Positions 26,959 through 36,039 are shown, counted from the stretch's first letter. The stretch: 64,000 nt of DNA from Candidatus Pacearchaeota archaeon (GCA_038840695.1 JAWBVE010000005.1:586-64585); one strand, 5' to 3'. The notes: generated from the letters alone by a model not told the origin. Made by a program: numbers and translations.

Positions 26959-27390
26959 TTAGTTAGTGGTATTTTCAATTTTAGCATTAAATCGATCGAT
27001 GAAAAAGTAGACTGTCCCTCTCACTATATTTAATTCTCTCGCTAATTCTTTTTTGAGGAATGCGGCAGTGATATAACCAGGTTTGCTTTCCTTGCTCAGC
27101 TCTTCAACCTCTTTCCTTAAACTCTTTATTGGCTCTTTCTCGAGATAGTGTGGTAGACCATGAGCTTTTAGCTCTTGCTCGCTAAATGTTGAGAGTGCAT
27201 TTGAGATGTAGAAAGTAGAGTAGTAAAGCTCTATCCTGTTCTTTTTATCATCGAAATCAACTTTTTCTATTCTTTCTATGTTATTTTTGTACAATATGAT
27301 TGAAAGCTCCCAATTATTTTTTAAAATTATTTCCAGATTTGTATTGCTCTTGTGCTTTATTTCTTCAAATATTTTTTTTAATATTGTCAT
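26959..27390 (-). CDS. Hypothetical protein with possible C-terminal HTH
   Basis: 143-aa ORF. The C-terminus ITAAFLKKELARELNIVRGTVYFFIDRF looks like a helix-turn-helix. No other motif. Confidence 0.35.
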   Translation of the reverse strand: MTILKKIFEEIKHKSNTNLEIILKNNWELSIILYKNNIERIEKVDFDDKKNRIELYYSTFYISNALSTFSEQELKAHGLPHYLEKEPIKSLRKEVEELSKESKPGYITAAFLKKELARELNIVRGTVYFFIDRFNAKIENTTN

Positions 27391-27470
27391 TTTAAAATAA
27401 TGAAATTAACTTTAAAAATCTTTCAAAACAAAAGCATCTTCAAGCCTCCTTTAAGCCTTTTCAAGAGCCT

Positions 27471-27704
27471 TTATGGTGCAGGCGAGATATAGAGAATTGT
27501 GTCACCTCTTATGAATGCGAGGCCAAGCTTCTTTTTTACTTCTCCATTCTCTATCTCTCTCGTGTCATCAAGCACTATGTTTATGTGTATATCAAAGGCT
27601 ATAAGCTTGCCAACAATTTGCCTATCATTCTTTAGATGAATTATTATCTCCTTGCCCTTTGATTTGTTAAGCAAATCAAGTGGCCTCTCGATGGAATTGT
27701 TCAT
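27471..27704 (-). CDS. Sm-like archaeal protein (SmAP/LSm)
   Basis: 77-aa ORF. Sm1 (RPLDLLNKSKGKEIIIHLKNDRQIVGKLIAFDIHINIVLDD) and Sm2 (LGLAFIRGDTILYISP) motifs. Confidence 0.9.
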   Translation of the reverse strand: MNNSIERPLDLLNKSKGKEIIIHLKNDRQIVGKLIAFDIHINIVLDDTREIENGEVKKKLGLAFIRGDTILYISPAP

Positions 27705-27781
27705 GCTTTTACATAAAAGCAGTATTTTTAAATCTTTCGAGCCTCGAGAAAAATTTTTAAGGCAAGAAAGCTAGGAAGAGT

Positions 27782-28141
27782 ATGGCAAGGGCAAGAAAGG
27801 CAAGTGGTGGAAAAATAAGACCGCATAGAAAGAAAAGAAAGTATGAAATAAAAAAATTTTTGAAAGAAGTTAAGCTTGGCGAGAGGAAAATAAAGAGACT
27901 TAGAGTGAGGGGAGGAAATACTAAGGTTGTATTACTTCAAGATAATGTGGCAAATGTTTGCAAGGATGGGAAAGTAAAAAAAGTCAAAATTCTCGATGTT
28001 CTGGCCACTCCATCTAATCCCTTACTTGCTAGATCGAAGCTGCTTATGAAAGGAGCTATAATAAAGACAGAGCTTGGAAAAGCAAAGATAACAAACAGGC
28101 CTGGCCAAGAGGGCTTTATAAATGCTGTTCTTATAGAATAG
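27782..28141 (+). CDS. rps8e: 30S ribosomal protein S8e
   Basis: 119-aa ORF. RKASGGKIRPHRKKRKYE...RVRGGNTKVVLL...ATPSNP is typical S8e. Confidence 0.88.
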   Translation: MARARKASGGKIRPHRKKRKYEIKKFLKEVKLGERKIKRLRVRGGNTKVVLLQDNVANVCKDGKVKKVKILDVLATPSNPLLARSKLLMKGAIIKTELGKAKITNRPGQEGFINAVLIE

Positions 28142-28180
28142 GCTTATAGAATAGGAAGGGCAACTGAAAGGGCAACTGAA
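28130..28180 (+). repeat. Two adjacent tandem micro-duplications at the S8e 3' end (13 nt x2 including the stop codon; 12 nt x2)
   Basis: cttatagaatagg occurs at 28130-28142 and again at 28143-28155, and the S8e TAG stop is 28139-28141. agggcaactgaa occurs at 28157-28168 and 28169-28180. Confidence 0.95.
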
Positions 28181-28225
28181 AGGCATTTAGGTTAATAGTG
28201 GACTAGGCAAACCAAGATGGCAAGG

Positions 28226-28236
28226 TTTTTAAAATA
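28226..28236 (+). promoter_or_regulatory. TATA-like box upstream of tfb (implies leaderless or very short leader)
   Basis: tttttaaaata is centred ~24 nt upstream of the tfb ATG (28255). The motif aaggtttttaaa is itself duplicated (28222-28233 and 28239-28250). Confidence 0.35.
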
Positions 28237-28254
28237 GAAAGGTTTTTAAATTTA

Positions 28255-29241
28255 ATGGTTAATCACAAGCGCAAGTGTCCAGAATGTGGCTCTGCTTCTT
28301 TTATTTATGATGAGACGAGAGGAGAATTAATTTGTAGCAATTGTGGCTTAGTTGTTGAGGAGCAGCCTATTGAGAGGGGCCGCGAATGGCGTGAATTTGA
28401 GGAAGGAAAGCGAAGAGGGCGTGCCGGAGCACCACTCAGCTTACAAAAATTTGATCTTGGGCTGAGCACGAGTGTGGGTAAAAATATCGATTTGTATAGG
28501 CTTAGTACTGAAAAAAAGACGAGAAAGTTTTTTAGGCTTAAAAAGTGGCAAGAGCGCGTTGGCACAAGCATTGAGAGAAATTTAAGACTCGCAATGGCAG
28601 AGCTAACTAGAATAGCAAGCTATCTTAATTTGCCAAATCTTATAAGGGATGAAGCGGCGAGAATTTATAATCAAATTCTGCAAAAAGGATTTATTAGAGG
28701 GAGAAATATGGAAAGTGTCGTGGCAGCTTGTATTTATTCTGCATGCAGAACTTACAGCATACCTAGAACTTTCGATGAAATTGCCGAAGCAACAAATGTT
28801 AGCAGAAAGGAGATAGGTAGAACTTATCGTTTTATTATAAGAAAACTCGGCGTAAAAATAAAGCCAAGTGATCCTAAAGACTATATAACAAGATTTGCCT
28901 CTATTCTAAAACTTTCTCCTAAGTCCTCGCAAGATGCAATAAAACTTCTAAAGAGAATAGAAAGTGCCGAATTCATAAGTGGGCGAGGGCCTGCAGGAAT
29001 TGCAGCGGCAGCCCTTTATATAGCTGCTTTACTCAATGATGAGCGAAGAACACAGCGAGAAGTTGCTGATGTTGCAGGAGTTACTGAAGTAACAATAAGA
29101 AATCGCTACAAAGAACTTCTCGATCATCTTGGCTTAGAAGAAAAAATAAAGATAAGAGAGAAGGAAAAAGAATTTGAAAGAGCAAGAAAAAAAGAAAAGG
29201 AAGAAAAAAGAAAAAAGAAGGAAGAAAAGAAAAAGGAATGA
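28255..29241 (+). CDS. tfb: Transcription initiation factor IIB (TFB) with K/E-rich C-terminal extension
   Basis: 328-aa ORF. N-terminal Zn ribbon CPECGS...CSNCG, B-reader/linker, and two cyclin-like repeats (...RGRNMESVVAACIYSACR... / ...GRGPAGIAAAALYIAA...TQREVADVAGVTEVTIRNRYKEL). The last ~35 residues are a K/E tail that runs into a polypurine tract. Confidence 0.93.
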   Translation: MVNHKRKCPECGSASFIYDETRGELICSNCGLVVEEQPIERGREWREFEEGKRRGRAGAPLSLQKFDLGLSTSVGKNIDLYRLSTEKKTRKFFRLKKWQERVGTSIERNLRLAMAELTRIASYLNLPNLIRDEAARIYNQILQKGFIRGRNMESVVAACIYSACRTYSIPRTFDEIAEATNVSRKEIGRTYRFIIRKLGVKIKPSDPKDYITRFASILKLSPKSSQDAIKLLKRIESAEFISGRGPAGIAAAALYIAALLNDERRTQREVADVAGVTEVTIRNRYKELLDHLGLEEKIKIREKEKEFERARKKEKEEKRKKKEEKKKE

Positions 29242-29368
29242 ATAGAGAAGAAGGGAAGAGGGAAGAAGCGAAGAGAGGAAGCAAGTAAAGCAAGAAAGCC
29301 GAGAAAGCAAGGAAAGAGGTAAGCAGAAGTTGGCCAGAAGTTGGTGGAAAGCAAATTTGGCTCAAGCC

Positions 29369-30256
29369 TTAGCTCAGACTTATTTTTAAAAAGTCTCTTG
29401 CCAAGTTGACATTTTTTAGGCCAATCTCTCGCAGTAATTCACTTTCCTTTCCTTCATAACGCTCACTAAAATGCGTTAAAAAAATTTTTTTCGGCTTCGC
29501 CTTCTTTATTATTTCTTTTACATCTGATGTTGTTAAGTGCCCATATTCTCTCGCTAAGGCTGAAATTGTTTTGCTATAAACACACTCAATAATAAGAATG
29601 TCTGCATTTTTAGCAAGTTGAATGGCATTTTGGCATAGCCTCGTATCAAGTACAATGGCTATCTTTTTTCCAGGAATGCTTATTGTGGCATCTTTTGGCT
29701 TTATCTTTTTTCCTTTATGTTCTATCGTCTTACCCTCTTTTAATAACTTAAAGAGAGGTGAAGGACCTCCGAGAAGCCTAACATAATAAGGCTTTATTTT
29801 TATCTTATCCCTCTCCTTAAAGGCATAGCCATAAGTTGGTGTAACATGATTTAAAGGAAGAGCCTCAATGCTATATTCCTTAAAATCAAAACAGCTTTCT
29901 TTTTTTATTTCGTTGATTTTTAACTTTAATGTCTCGACGATTGGAAAAAAATTCTTAATTGATTCGATATATGCATTAATTCCGACTGGCCCGTAAACCT
30001 CAAGCTCCTTAGCATAGTCTTTCATTGCTAATGTCTGTAGCAAGCCAGAAAGGCCAAGAATGTGATCAGCATGCAAATGGCTAATGAAAATTTTGTCAAG
30101 CCTTAAAGGACTTATTCCAGCTTTTACAAATTGGCGCTGTGTTCCTTCACCACAATCAAAAAGCAAGTACTGGCCGCTATAGATTAGTAGGATAGCACTA
30201 TGCCCCCTTTCGCTTGTTGGAACTCCGGCTGATGTGCCTAAAAATATTAGATCCAT
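29369..30256 (-). CDS. rnz: Ribonuclease Z (tRNA 3' endonuclease, metallo-beta-lactamase)
   Basis: 295-aa ORF. FLGTSAGVPTSERGHSAILL..., motif II SHLHADHILGL and C-terminal LTHFSERY. Confidence 0.85.
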   Translation of the reverse strand: MDLIFLGTSAGVPTSERGHSAILLIYSGQYLLFDCGEGTQRQFVKAGISPLRLDKIFISHLHADHILGLSGLLQTLAMKDYAKELEVYGPVGINAYIESIKNFFPIVETLKLKINEIKKESCFDFKEYSIEALPLNHVTPTYGYAFKERDKIKIKPYYVRLLGGPSPLFKLLKEGKTIEHKGKKIKPKDATISIPGKKIAIVLDTRLCQNAIQLAKNADILIIECVYSKTISALAREYGHLTTSDVKEIIKKAKPKKIFLTHFSERYEGKESELLREIGLKNVNLARDFLKISLS

Positions 30257-30283
30257 TAAAGCTTAAATTAACAAAATTTAAAA

Positions 30284-30325
30284 AGTTTGAGCAAAGTTTG
30301 AGCAAAGTTTAAGCAAGTTTAAGCC
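30284..30325. repeat. Tandem micro-duplications (11 nt x2, then 10 nt x2) in the rnz/endA divergent spacer
   Basis: agtttgagcaa agtttgagcaa agtttaagca agtttaagcc, read directly from 30284 onward. Confidence 0.9.
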
Positions 30326-30373
30326 AAAATTTATACAGAGATATATTTTTTAATCTTTCCAGCGTCTTATTTT

Positions 30374-30868
30374 ATGCTAATTGAAAAGCGAGGAAAAAGA
30401 TTTTTCTCTTTTGACAAAGCAGCTTTTGCTCTATTGCAGAGACATTTTGGTGAAGGAAAAGAGGGCTATGTTGTGTATACTCCTTATGAGGTTCTCTATC
30501 TTGTAGAGAATAAAAAAGCTATTGTTAAGGAAAGAGGCAAAGAGCTGAGCTTTAAGGCTCTTTTGAGCGCTCTCAATGAAGAAGAACTTCTTGAGTGGAC
30601 TGTTTTTAGGGATTTAATAAAGAGAGGCTATGCTGTAAAGCCAGGAATAAAATTTGGTGGGAACTTTATTATTTATGCCAAGGGAAAAAAGCCAGGAATT
30701 GATCACTCGGATTGGATAGGGATAGTGCTTAAAAAAACGCAAAAGTTAAAGGCAGAAAATATAATTAGCAAAGCCAGAATAGCACATTCAACCGCTAAGC
30801 GACTATTGCTCTGTGTCGTTGATGGAAGCACAGTACTTTATTATGAGCTTCAATGGAAAAAAATTTGA
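30374..30868 (+). CDS. endA: tRNA-splicing endonuclease (short homotetramer-type EndA)
   Basis: 164-aa ORF. VFRDLIKRGYAVKPGIKFGGNFIIYAKG...HSDWIGIVL...AHSTAKRLLLCVV matches the catalytic C-terminal domain with a Tyr/His/Lys triad pattern. Confidence 0.72.
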   Translation: MLIEKRGKRFFSFDKAAFALLQRHFGEGKEGYVVYTPYEVLYLVENKKAIVKERGKELSFKALLSALNEEELLEWTVFRDLIKRGYAVKPGIKFGGNFIIYAKGKKPGIDHSDWIGIVLKKTQKLKAENIISKARIAHSTAKRLLLCVVDGSTVLYYELQWKKI

Positions 30869-30936
30869 AATTTGAAAAATTTAAAAATTGAAAAGAAAAT
30901 CAAATTGGAGATCAAATTGAAAATCAAGAAAATCAA

Positions 30937-32073
30937 ATGGAAAAAAATTTCGATGAGATAAAAAACTATATTGTAGATTATATTTCGAGGAATGGTCCTA
31001 GCCTGCCAAGTAGCTTGGCAAGCAAGATAGGAAAGCCTTTATTAATTACTAATGCAATACTCTCTCAACTTGTCGAGGAGGGGCTTTTAAAAGCAACTTT
31101 TCTTAAAATAGGCTCAAGCTCTCTTTACTATGTTTCTGGCCAAGAGCCTGCACTTGAGAAATTTTTAAGTTATTTAAAAGATAAGGAAAAAGAGGCTATT
31201 GAACTTTTAAAAAGCTCAAGACTTCTTGAACATGAGAAGCTCGAGCCAGCCATAAGAGTTGCACTGAGCAATTTAAAGGATTTTGCAAAGCCAATAAAAA
31301 TTGCTTTTGATGGCGGCGAGAGAATATTTTGGAAATACTATCTTGTGGGTGATGAAGAACTTAACACTTTAATAAAGAATTTTAAAGAGAAGGAAAAAGA
31401 GAGAAAAGAGGGGGAAAAGGAAGAAAAAGAAATTGCAGGAGCTGAGGAGAAAATTGAGAAGGCTGAAAAAATTGAGAAAGGAGAAATAGAAATAACGAAG
31501 GAAAAAGAAGAGAAAGAAAAAGAAAAAGCAGAAGAGGAGAAAGAGAAAGTGGAGAAAATAGCGAAAGTAGAGAAAATAGAGAAAATCGAGAAAGAAAAGT
31601 TGTTACAAAAGCCCTTAACAGAGTTTGAGCTAAAAGAAGAAAAGAAGAAAGAAAAGCTGGAAAAGAAAATAGGAAAAGAAAGAGAAGGAAAAAAAGAGGA
31701 AAAGAAAGAAGAAAAAGAGGAAAGAGGAGGAGGGCGAATAGGGATAGGAAAAGAAAGTAAAAAAGAAAGCGAAAAAGAAGGCAAGCTTGAGAGCTATAAG
31801 AAGTGGATAGAGAGCAATTTTGTGGCTATTGAAAGACTTGGGCCTTGCATTTACAAAGGCAAAAAAGAAATCTTTGATAAGCTCATCGAATTTCTAATTA
31901 TTATCAATGATAAAAAGCGCATAAGCGATGTTGATCTGATCCTTGCACTGCAAGAAGGCCAAGAGCGAAAGATGCCAACAATGCTCCTAACTAACGGCGT
32001 GCTAACAAAAAAAGCCAGCGAAGTGTTGAAAAAAAGTGGAAGCCTGCTAATAATAAAAAATTTAAATCAATAA
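30937..32073 (+). CDS. Hypothetical protein: N-terminal winged-helix-like domain plus ~140-aa E/K-rich repeat region
   Basis: 378-aa ORF. The N-terminus IKNYIVDYISRNGPSLPSSLASKIGKPLLITNAILSQLVEEGLLKATFLKIGSSSLYYV is wHTH-like. The middle (~31380-31790) is E/K low complexity with internal EKIEK repeats, followed by a globular C-terminal ~90 aa. Confidence 0.5.
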   Translation: MEKNFDEIKNYIVDYISRNGPSLPSSLASKIGKPLLITNAILSQLVEEGLLKATFLKIGSSSLYYVSGQEPALEKFLSYLKDKEKEAIELLKSSRLLEHEKLEPAIRVALSNLKDFAKPIKIAFDGGERIFWKYYLVGDEELNTLIKNFKEKEKERKEGEKEEKEIAGAEEKIEKAEKIEKGEIEITKEKEEKEKEKAEEEKEKVEKIAKVEKIEKIEKEKLLQKPLTEFELKEEKKKEKLEKKIGKEREGKKEEKKEEKEERGGGRIGIGKESKKESEKEGKLESYKKWIESNFVAIERLGPCIYKGKKEIFDKLIEFLIIINDKKRISDVDLILALQEGQERKMPTMLLTNGVLTKKASEVLKKSGSLLIIKNLNQ

Positions 32074-32118
32074 AAAATCAAATCAATAAAAAATTTAAAT
32101 CAATCAACTTACTATTTC

Positions 32119-32481
32119 ATGGAATTTATTGCTTTACTTTCAACGGGAAAAGGAACGTGGGGGCAAGTAATAGGCTTGCTTAAGCGAGGAGAGTGGGAAA
32201 AGGCAATAATAATAGGTGACGACTTTGCCAAGAAAAGATTTTCTTCTTTCGATGAAATGAAAAATGTTGAATTTATCGAAGTAAATTTGAGTAGGTCTAT
32301 TAATGATTGCATAGACGAGCTAAAGAAAAAACTTAAAGGAAAAATAAAAGGTACAGAAGTTGCATTAAGCATAGCAAGTGGAAGTGGTAAGGAGCATATG
32401 GCCTTAATTTCTGCTTTACTCAATTTACCAGTCGGCATAAAATTTGCTGTATTAACAAAGAACGGTGTTGAGTTTTTTTAA
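32119..32481 (+). CDS. Hypothetical small protein (Rossmann-like pattern)
   Basis: 120-aa ORF. MEFIALLSTGKGTWGQVIGLL... and ...EVALSIASGSGKEHMALISALL suggest a beta-loop-alpha nucleotide/ligand-binding fold. No firm family assignment. Confidence 0.35.
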   Translation: MEFIALLSTGKGTWGQVIGLLKRGEWEKAIIIGDDFAKKRFSSFDEMKNVEFIEVNLSRSINDCIDELKKKLKGKIKGTEVALSIASGSGKEHMALISALLNLPVGIKFAVLTKNGVEFF

Positions 32482-32533
32482 TTTCAACTAACTTTCAACA
32501 ACTAAACTCAAAAGCAATCTTAAATTAGCTGTC

Positions 32534-33061
32534 TTAAATTAGCTGCTCAGCCTGCTTTATATTGAGTTTTTCTTTAATTATTTTGTAAAGTGTCTCTATT
32601 TCTATATCGCTTTCCACATCGCTTCTGTTTTTCCTTTCTTTAAGTTTTGTTTTAATTTTGCTTAAAAGAGGTCTAAGCTTTTTTAGGGCAAAGAGTGCAG
32701 CTGCAAGTGCGTCTATTTCATGCTTATTTCTTAGATGAATTTTTTTGCCTTTTTTTTCTAGCTCTTTTTCTATAAGAGCTCTTTTCTTAGATATTTTCAA
32801 ATCAATTTCAGGCTTTATTATGTGAGCTCTTAACTTTTTTGCAAGCTCGAGAAATTCCTTGCTTGGATTACTCTTATCTGAGCCAAGTGCTATTGGTATG
32901 CCAAAGCTAATGATGTCCTTCGTAAGATCCTTCCTACTTTTTCCAGAGATAACGAGGAGAGGCTCAGCATTTAACTCAGCATTTAAGCTTATTATTGCAA
33001 GACCAAAGATATTGCCAGGATCATAACCTACAATCACTTTTTGTTTTTTCTCTTTTTCCAT
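32534..33061 (-). CDS. Putative RNase H-fold nuclease (DUF460-like N-terminal domain)
   Basis: 175-aa ORF. VIVGYDPGNIFGLAIISLNAE ... IPIALGSDKSNPSKEFLELAKKL ... NKHEIDALAAALFA resembles the DUF460/RuvC-like pattern (GiDPG.t.GlA ... D ... H..DAlAAA). Confidence 0.4.
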   Translation of the reverse strand: MEKEKKQKVIVGYDPGNIFGLAIISLNAELNAEPLLVISGKSRKDLTKDIISFGIPIALGSDKSNPSKEFLELAKKLRAHIIKPEIDLKISKKRALIEKELEKKGKKIHLRNKHEIDALAAALFALKKLRPLLSKIKTKLKERKNRSDVESDIEIETLYKIIKEKLNIKQAEQLI

Positions 33062-33092
33062 TCTAAATCTTCCATTCTAAATATATTCATTT

Positions 33093-34538
33093 TTAAATTT
33101 TAAATAGCCAAACTCCAAACATAAGCAAAAGCAGCAATAATATGATAATACCAAAGACAGCATAAACTTTTCTCGCAGTTGTCTTTTTCTTAAAAATAGC
33201 AAGAGCTGTTAAATAGCAAACTTTGCCGCCATCAAAAATTGAGAAAGGAAGCATATTGAAGAGAGCAACACTTAGGCCGATAATGATTAGCCACAATATA
33301 AGGTCTTTGAAGAAGTTAATAATGGAATGTTGATTGCCAAATTTTGGCTTTGAGCTTATGCTTGGATTAAATCTTGGATAAATGAATGAAAGCGCTCTTA
33401 TTAAGGAGCCTTGCTTGAAAAAGGCTATCCCTAAAAAAGCTCTCGAGGAATTGCTTGGATGACTTGCGAGAATTAGCTCATAGCTCTTATTTTCAGTCTT
33501 TATTAAGATTGTTTGATTTGGTTTCTTTGATAAAAGAATTTTTTCTATGTCCTTGCTACTTTTTATTGGTTTGCCATCAATCTCGAGAATTGGGCCAGTC
33601 AGATTTGCATTGCGTGCAGGCGAATCAAAATAGGCAAAAATAAAACCTTTCTTTAAAAAGTCCTGTTTTTTTTGCTCTTGCCAGAGCCAGGAATCAAGTT
33701 GATAGCTTTGATAGCCACTTTGATTTTTTCCATTTTGATTTTTTACTTTTATTTTTATGCTCTTATTCTCAAGTTCTGAAAGATTTAGCCTTGAAAATGC
33801 ATCAAAACTTAGAGTTAAATTTTCGCCTGAATTTTCGATAGTTATGCTTTCAATTGATGAAATGTTTATTTTGTCGATGGCATGCATATAGCCTATAAAA
33901 CCCCCAAAGGTGTAGAATGCGAGAAAATACAGCTGTAAGAGAGCAATAAAAACTAAAGCAAGGATAAAATTGGCAAAAGAGCCTGCTGACAGAATTGCGA
34001 GCTGAGTTTTTATTGATTTTTTCTCCATAGCCTTTTCATCAGGCTCGACAAAAGCTGCTATAAAAGGCCCGAGAAAGCCAAAGCCAGTCGACTTTATCTT
34101 CAATCCGGCCCCTCTAGCTATAATGCCGTGAGCAAATTCATGAGAGATGGCTATGAGAAGAATTATTATTATCCAATATGTAAAGTAAAAAGGAGGCATA
34201 AAATCAATTTTAAAGATCGAGGTAAAATAAGGAATTACTGGAGCAAGAGGCGGAGCAGAAGGTACTTGAGTGGAGCTATAGAGTAAAGCAAGAGAGAAAA
34301 AGAGCAAGATAAAAGCAGAAAGCATTAAAAGATAGCCAAATACTATACTAGCCATGCCAAAAATTTTCAGAAACTTTTTATGCCTTGAAACTTTTTCAAT
34401 TAATTTCAAGCCAAACCTTGTGCGATAAATAAAAAGAGGTCCCTCTCTTGCAAGCTTTTGCCTTCTCTTATACAAAAAAACAACAACAAAAAGTATAAAC
34501 AAAGCAAGAAAAGCCAAATCAAAAAAAATAAACTTCAT
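33093..34538 (-). CDS. Site-2 protease family (M50) membrane metalloprotease with PDZ-like insert
   Basis: 481-aa polytopic ORF. Zinc motif HEFAHGIIARGAGLK (HExxH) and a distal NMLPFSIFDGGK (NxxPxxxxDG) motif, with a soluble insert between them. Confidence 0.82.
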   Translation of the reverse strand: MKFIFFDLAFLALFILFVVVFLYKRRQKLAREGPLFIYRTRFGLKLIEKVSRHKKFLKIFGMASIVFGYLLMLSAFILLFFSLALLYSSTQVPSAPPLAPVIPYFTSIFKIDFMPPFYFTYWIIIILLIAISHEFAHGIIARGAGLKIKSTGFGFLGPFIAAFVEPDEKAMEKKSIKTQLAILSAGSFANFILALVFIALLQLYFLAFYTFGGFIGYMHAIDKINISSIESITIENSGENLTLSFDAFSRLNLSELENKSIKIKVKNQNGKNQSGYQSYQLDSWLWQEQKKQDFLKKGFIFAYFDSPARNANLTGPILEIDGKPIKSSKDIEKILLSKKPNQTILIKTENKSYELILASHPSNSSRAFLGIAFFKQGSLIRALSFIYPRFNPSISSKPKFGNQHSIINFFKDLILWLIIIGLSVALFNMLPFSIFDGGKVCYLTALAIFKKKTTARKVYAVFGIIILLLLLLMFGVWLFKI

Positions 34539-34586
34539 TTTTTAATTTTTCCTTTTTGCTTTTTTATTTGCTTTTCCTTTTGCTTT

Positions 34587-34757
34587 TTACTTTCTTTCCT
34601 TTCTTCTTATAGGCCTTAATGAACTACTCTTGCATTTTCTGCATTTCACTTTGCCCTCCATTACTTTACTTGGAGGTGCTCTTATCTTTGCCTTACAAAC
34701 TCGACAAACGAAAATGTTCTTAAAAAGCCTATTTTGAGCAGCTATTATCTTCGCCAT
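34587..34757 (-). CDS. rpl40e: 50S ribosomal protein L40e
   Basis: Not in ORF track (56 aa). The reverse strand gives MAKIIAAQNRLFKNIFVCRVCKAKIRAPPSKVMEGKVKCRKCKSSSLRPIRRKERK, which has the L40e CxxC...CxxC zinc-ribbon layout and a basic tail. It lies 14 nt downstream of the aIF5A gene on the same strand. Confidence 0.8.
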   Translation of the reverse strand: MAKIIAAQNRLFKNIFVCRVCKAKIRAPPSKVMEGKVKCRKCKSSSLRPIRRKERK

Positions 34758-34770
34758 CTTTCTTTTGCTT

Positions 34771-35166
34771 TTATGCCTTTCTTTTTATAATCTTTGTGCC
34801 TTCAACATCCCAATACTCAACACTATCACCTTCTTTCAACTCTTGCCCTATTTCAGGATCAATTGCTGCATCAAAAGTTTCAAAGCTTTCCAGATCCATT
34901 ATGTTTGCCTTTTGCTCAGCAAGTGCTAAGATTTGGGCCCTTTTCTTTACAATGAGAGGAACTTCAAGCCGTTCATCGCCCGGCATAACAACAACGCGTT
35001 TTTTTCCATCAATAATGCCAACTGCCTCTAGTCTAACTTTACTAGCACCGTGCTTACCTGTTTTGCTTATGTCAATCCTCTTAACAGTGCATGGAGCTCC
35101 CTCAATAATCACATTTGTTCCCTCTTTTGCCTCAGTAGCACTAATCAGCTTGTAAACCATAAACAA
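34771..35166 (-). CDS. eif5a: Translation initiation factor 5A (aIF5A)
   Basis: 131-aa ORF with the hypusine-site motif SKTGKHGASKVRL (KTGKHG) and a C-terminal OB-fold region. Confidence 0.9.
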   Translation of the reverse strand: MFMVYKLISATEAKEGTNVIIEGAPCTVKRIDISKTGKHGASKVRLEAVGIIDGKKRVVVMPGDERLEVPLIVKKRAQILALAEQKANIMDLESFETFDAAIDPEIGQELKEGDSVEYWDVEGTKIIKRKA

Positions 35167-35221
35167 AGTTAAAATTTGATTTTTTAAATTTTTTTAATTT
35201 TAATATTATTGCTCATTAAAT

Positions 35222-35920
35222 TTAAATTATTCTAAGATGCCTAAACCTCGGATCTGCTTTAAGAGCATTTACATCGGCATAATTACTAACATAAATTTCT
35301 TCCAAGCTTTCTGGAAGTTTGTTTGGATCTAAACTCTGTATTGGAGATGCTATTAAAAAGAGCTTTTTTAAATTTTTTAAATTTGCGAGATCACAAGTCT
35401 TAAGATTTTTGCATGCTCTTGCATCAATTATTTCTAAGCTTTCAGGAAGCAAACTACCATCTAATTTCATTATTGCAGTTTCTGAAAAATTGATATAATA
35501 TAAATTTTTCAAGTTGCAAAGATCATAATTTTTTAGTTTTTCACATCCTCCAACGTCGATTACCTCTACTTTTTGAGGCAACTTTTTGCCGTCGAGGTTT
35601 AATATTTCGCCTACTAAATAAACATTTCTCAAATTTTTCAATTCTCTAAGAGCTCCACTTTCATAGGCTTTTTTGTCTGCCAATATTGCAATTATTCTTC
35701 CTCTTCTAATTCCATCAATTTTTACATGCTTTCTATATTTCTTAAGAAATTCGGCCTCCTCAGAACAAAGCTTTCCTTCATCTCCATAATCAAATCCACT
35801 TCTGAAATAGAACCTTCCTTTTTTATAATTTAATTCCCCTTCTTTTTCTTCTTTTCCCCTTTCTTTCCTCCCTTTTTCTTCATTTTCCCCCCTTCTTTCT
35901 TTATCTTTATTTTTCCTCAT
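35222..35920 (-). CDS. Leucine-rich repeat protein (Cys-containing LRR type), no signal peptide
   Basis: 232-aa ORF. A K/E/R/G-rich N-terminus is followed by repeating units LPQKVEVIDVGGCEKLKNYDLCNLKNL / LPESLEIIDARACKNLKTCDLANLKNLKKL / LPESLEEIYVSN. Confidence 0.7.
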   Translation of the reverse strand: MRKNKDKERRGENEEKGRKERGKEEKEGELNYKKGRFYFRSGFDYGDEGKLCSEEAEFLKKYRKHVKIDGIRRGRIIAILADKKAYESGALRELKNLRNVYLVGEILNLDGKKLPQKVEVIDVGGCEKLKNYDLCNLKNLYYINFSETAIMKLDGSLLPESLEIIDARACKNLKTCDLANLKNLKKLFLIASPIQSLDPNKLPESLEEIYVSNYADVNALKADPRFRHLRII

Positions 35921-36039
35921 TTTTTTTCTTCTTTTTCCCTTTCTTTTTTTACTTTTATTTTTTCCTTTTACTTTTATTTTTATTTTTGAATATTTAAATT
36001 TTTAAATTAAATTTTTAAATTTAAAATTGCTATTTTTTC

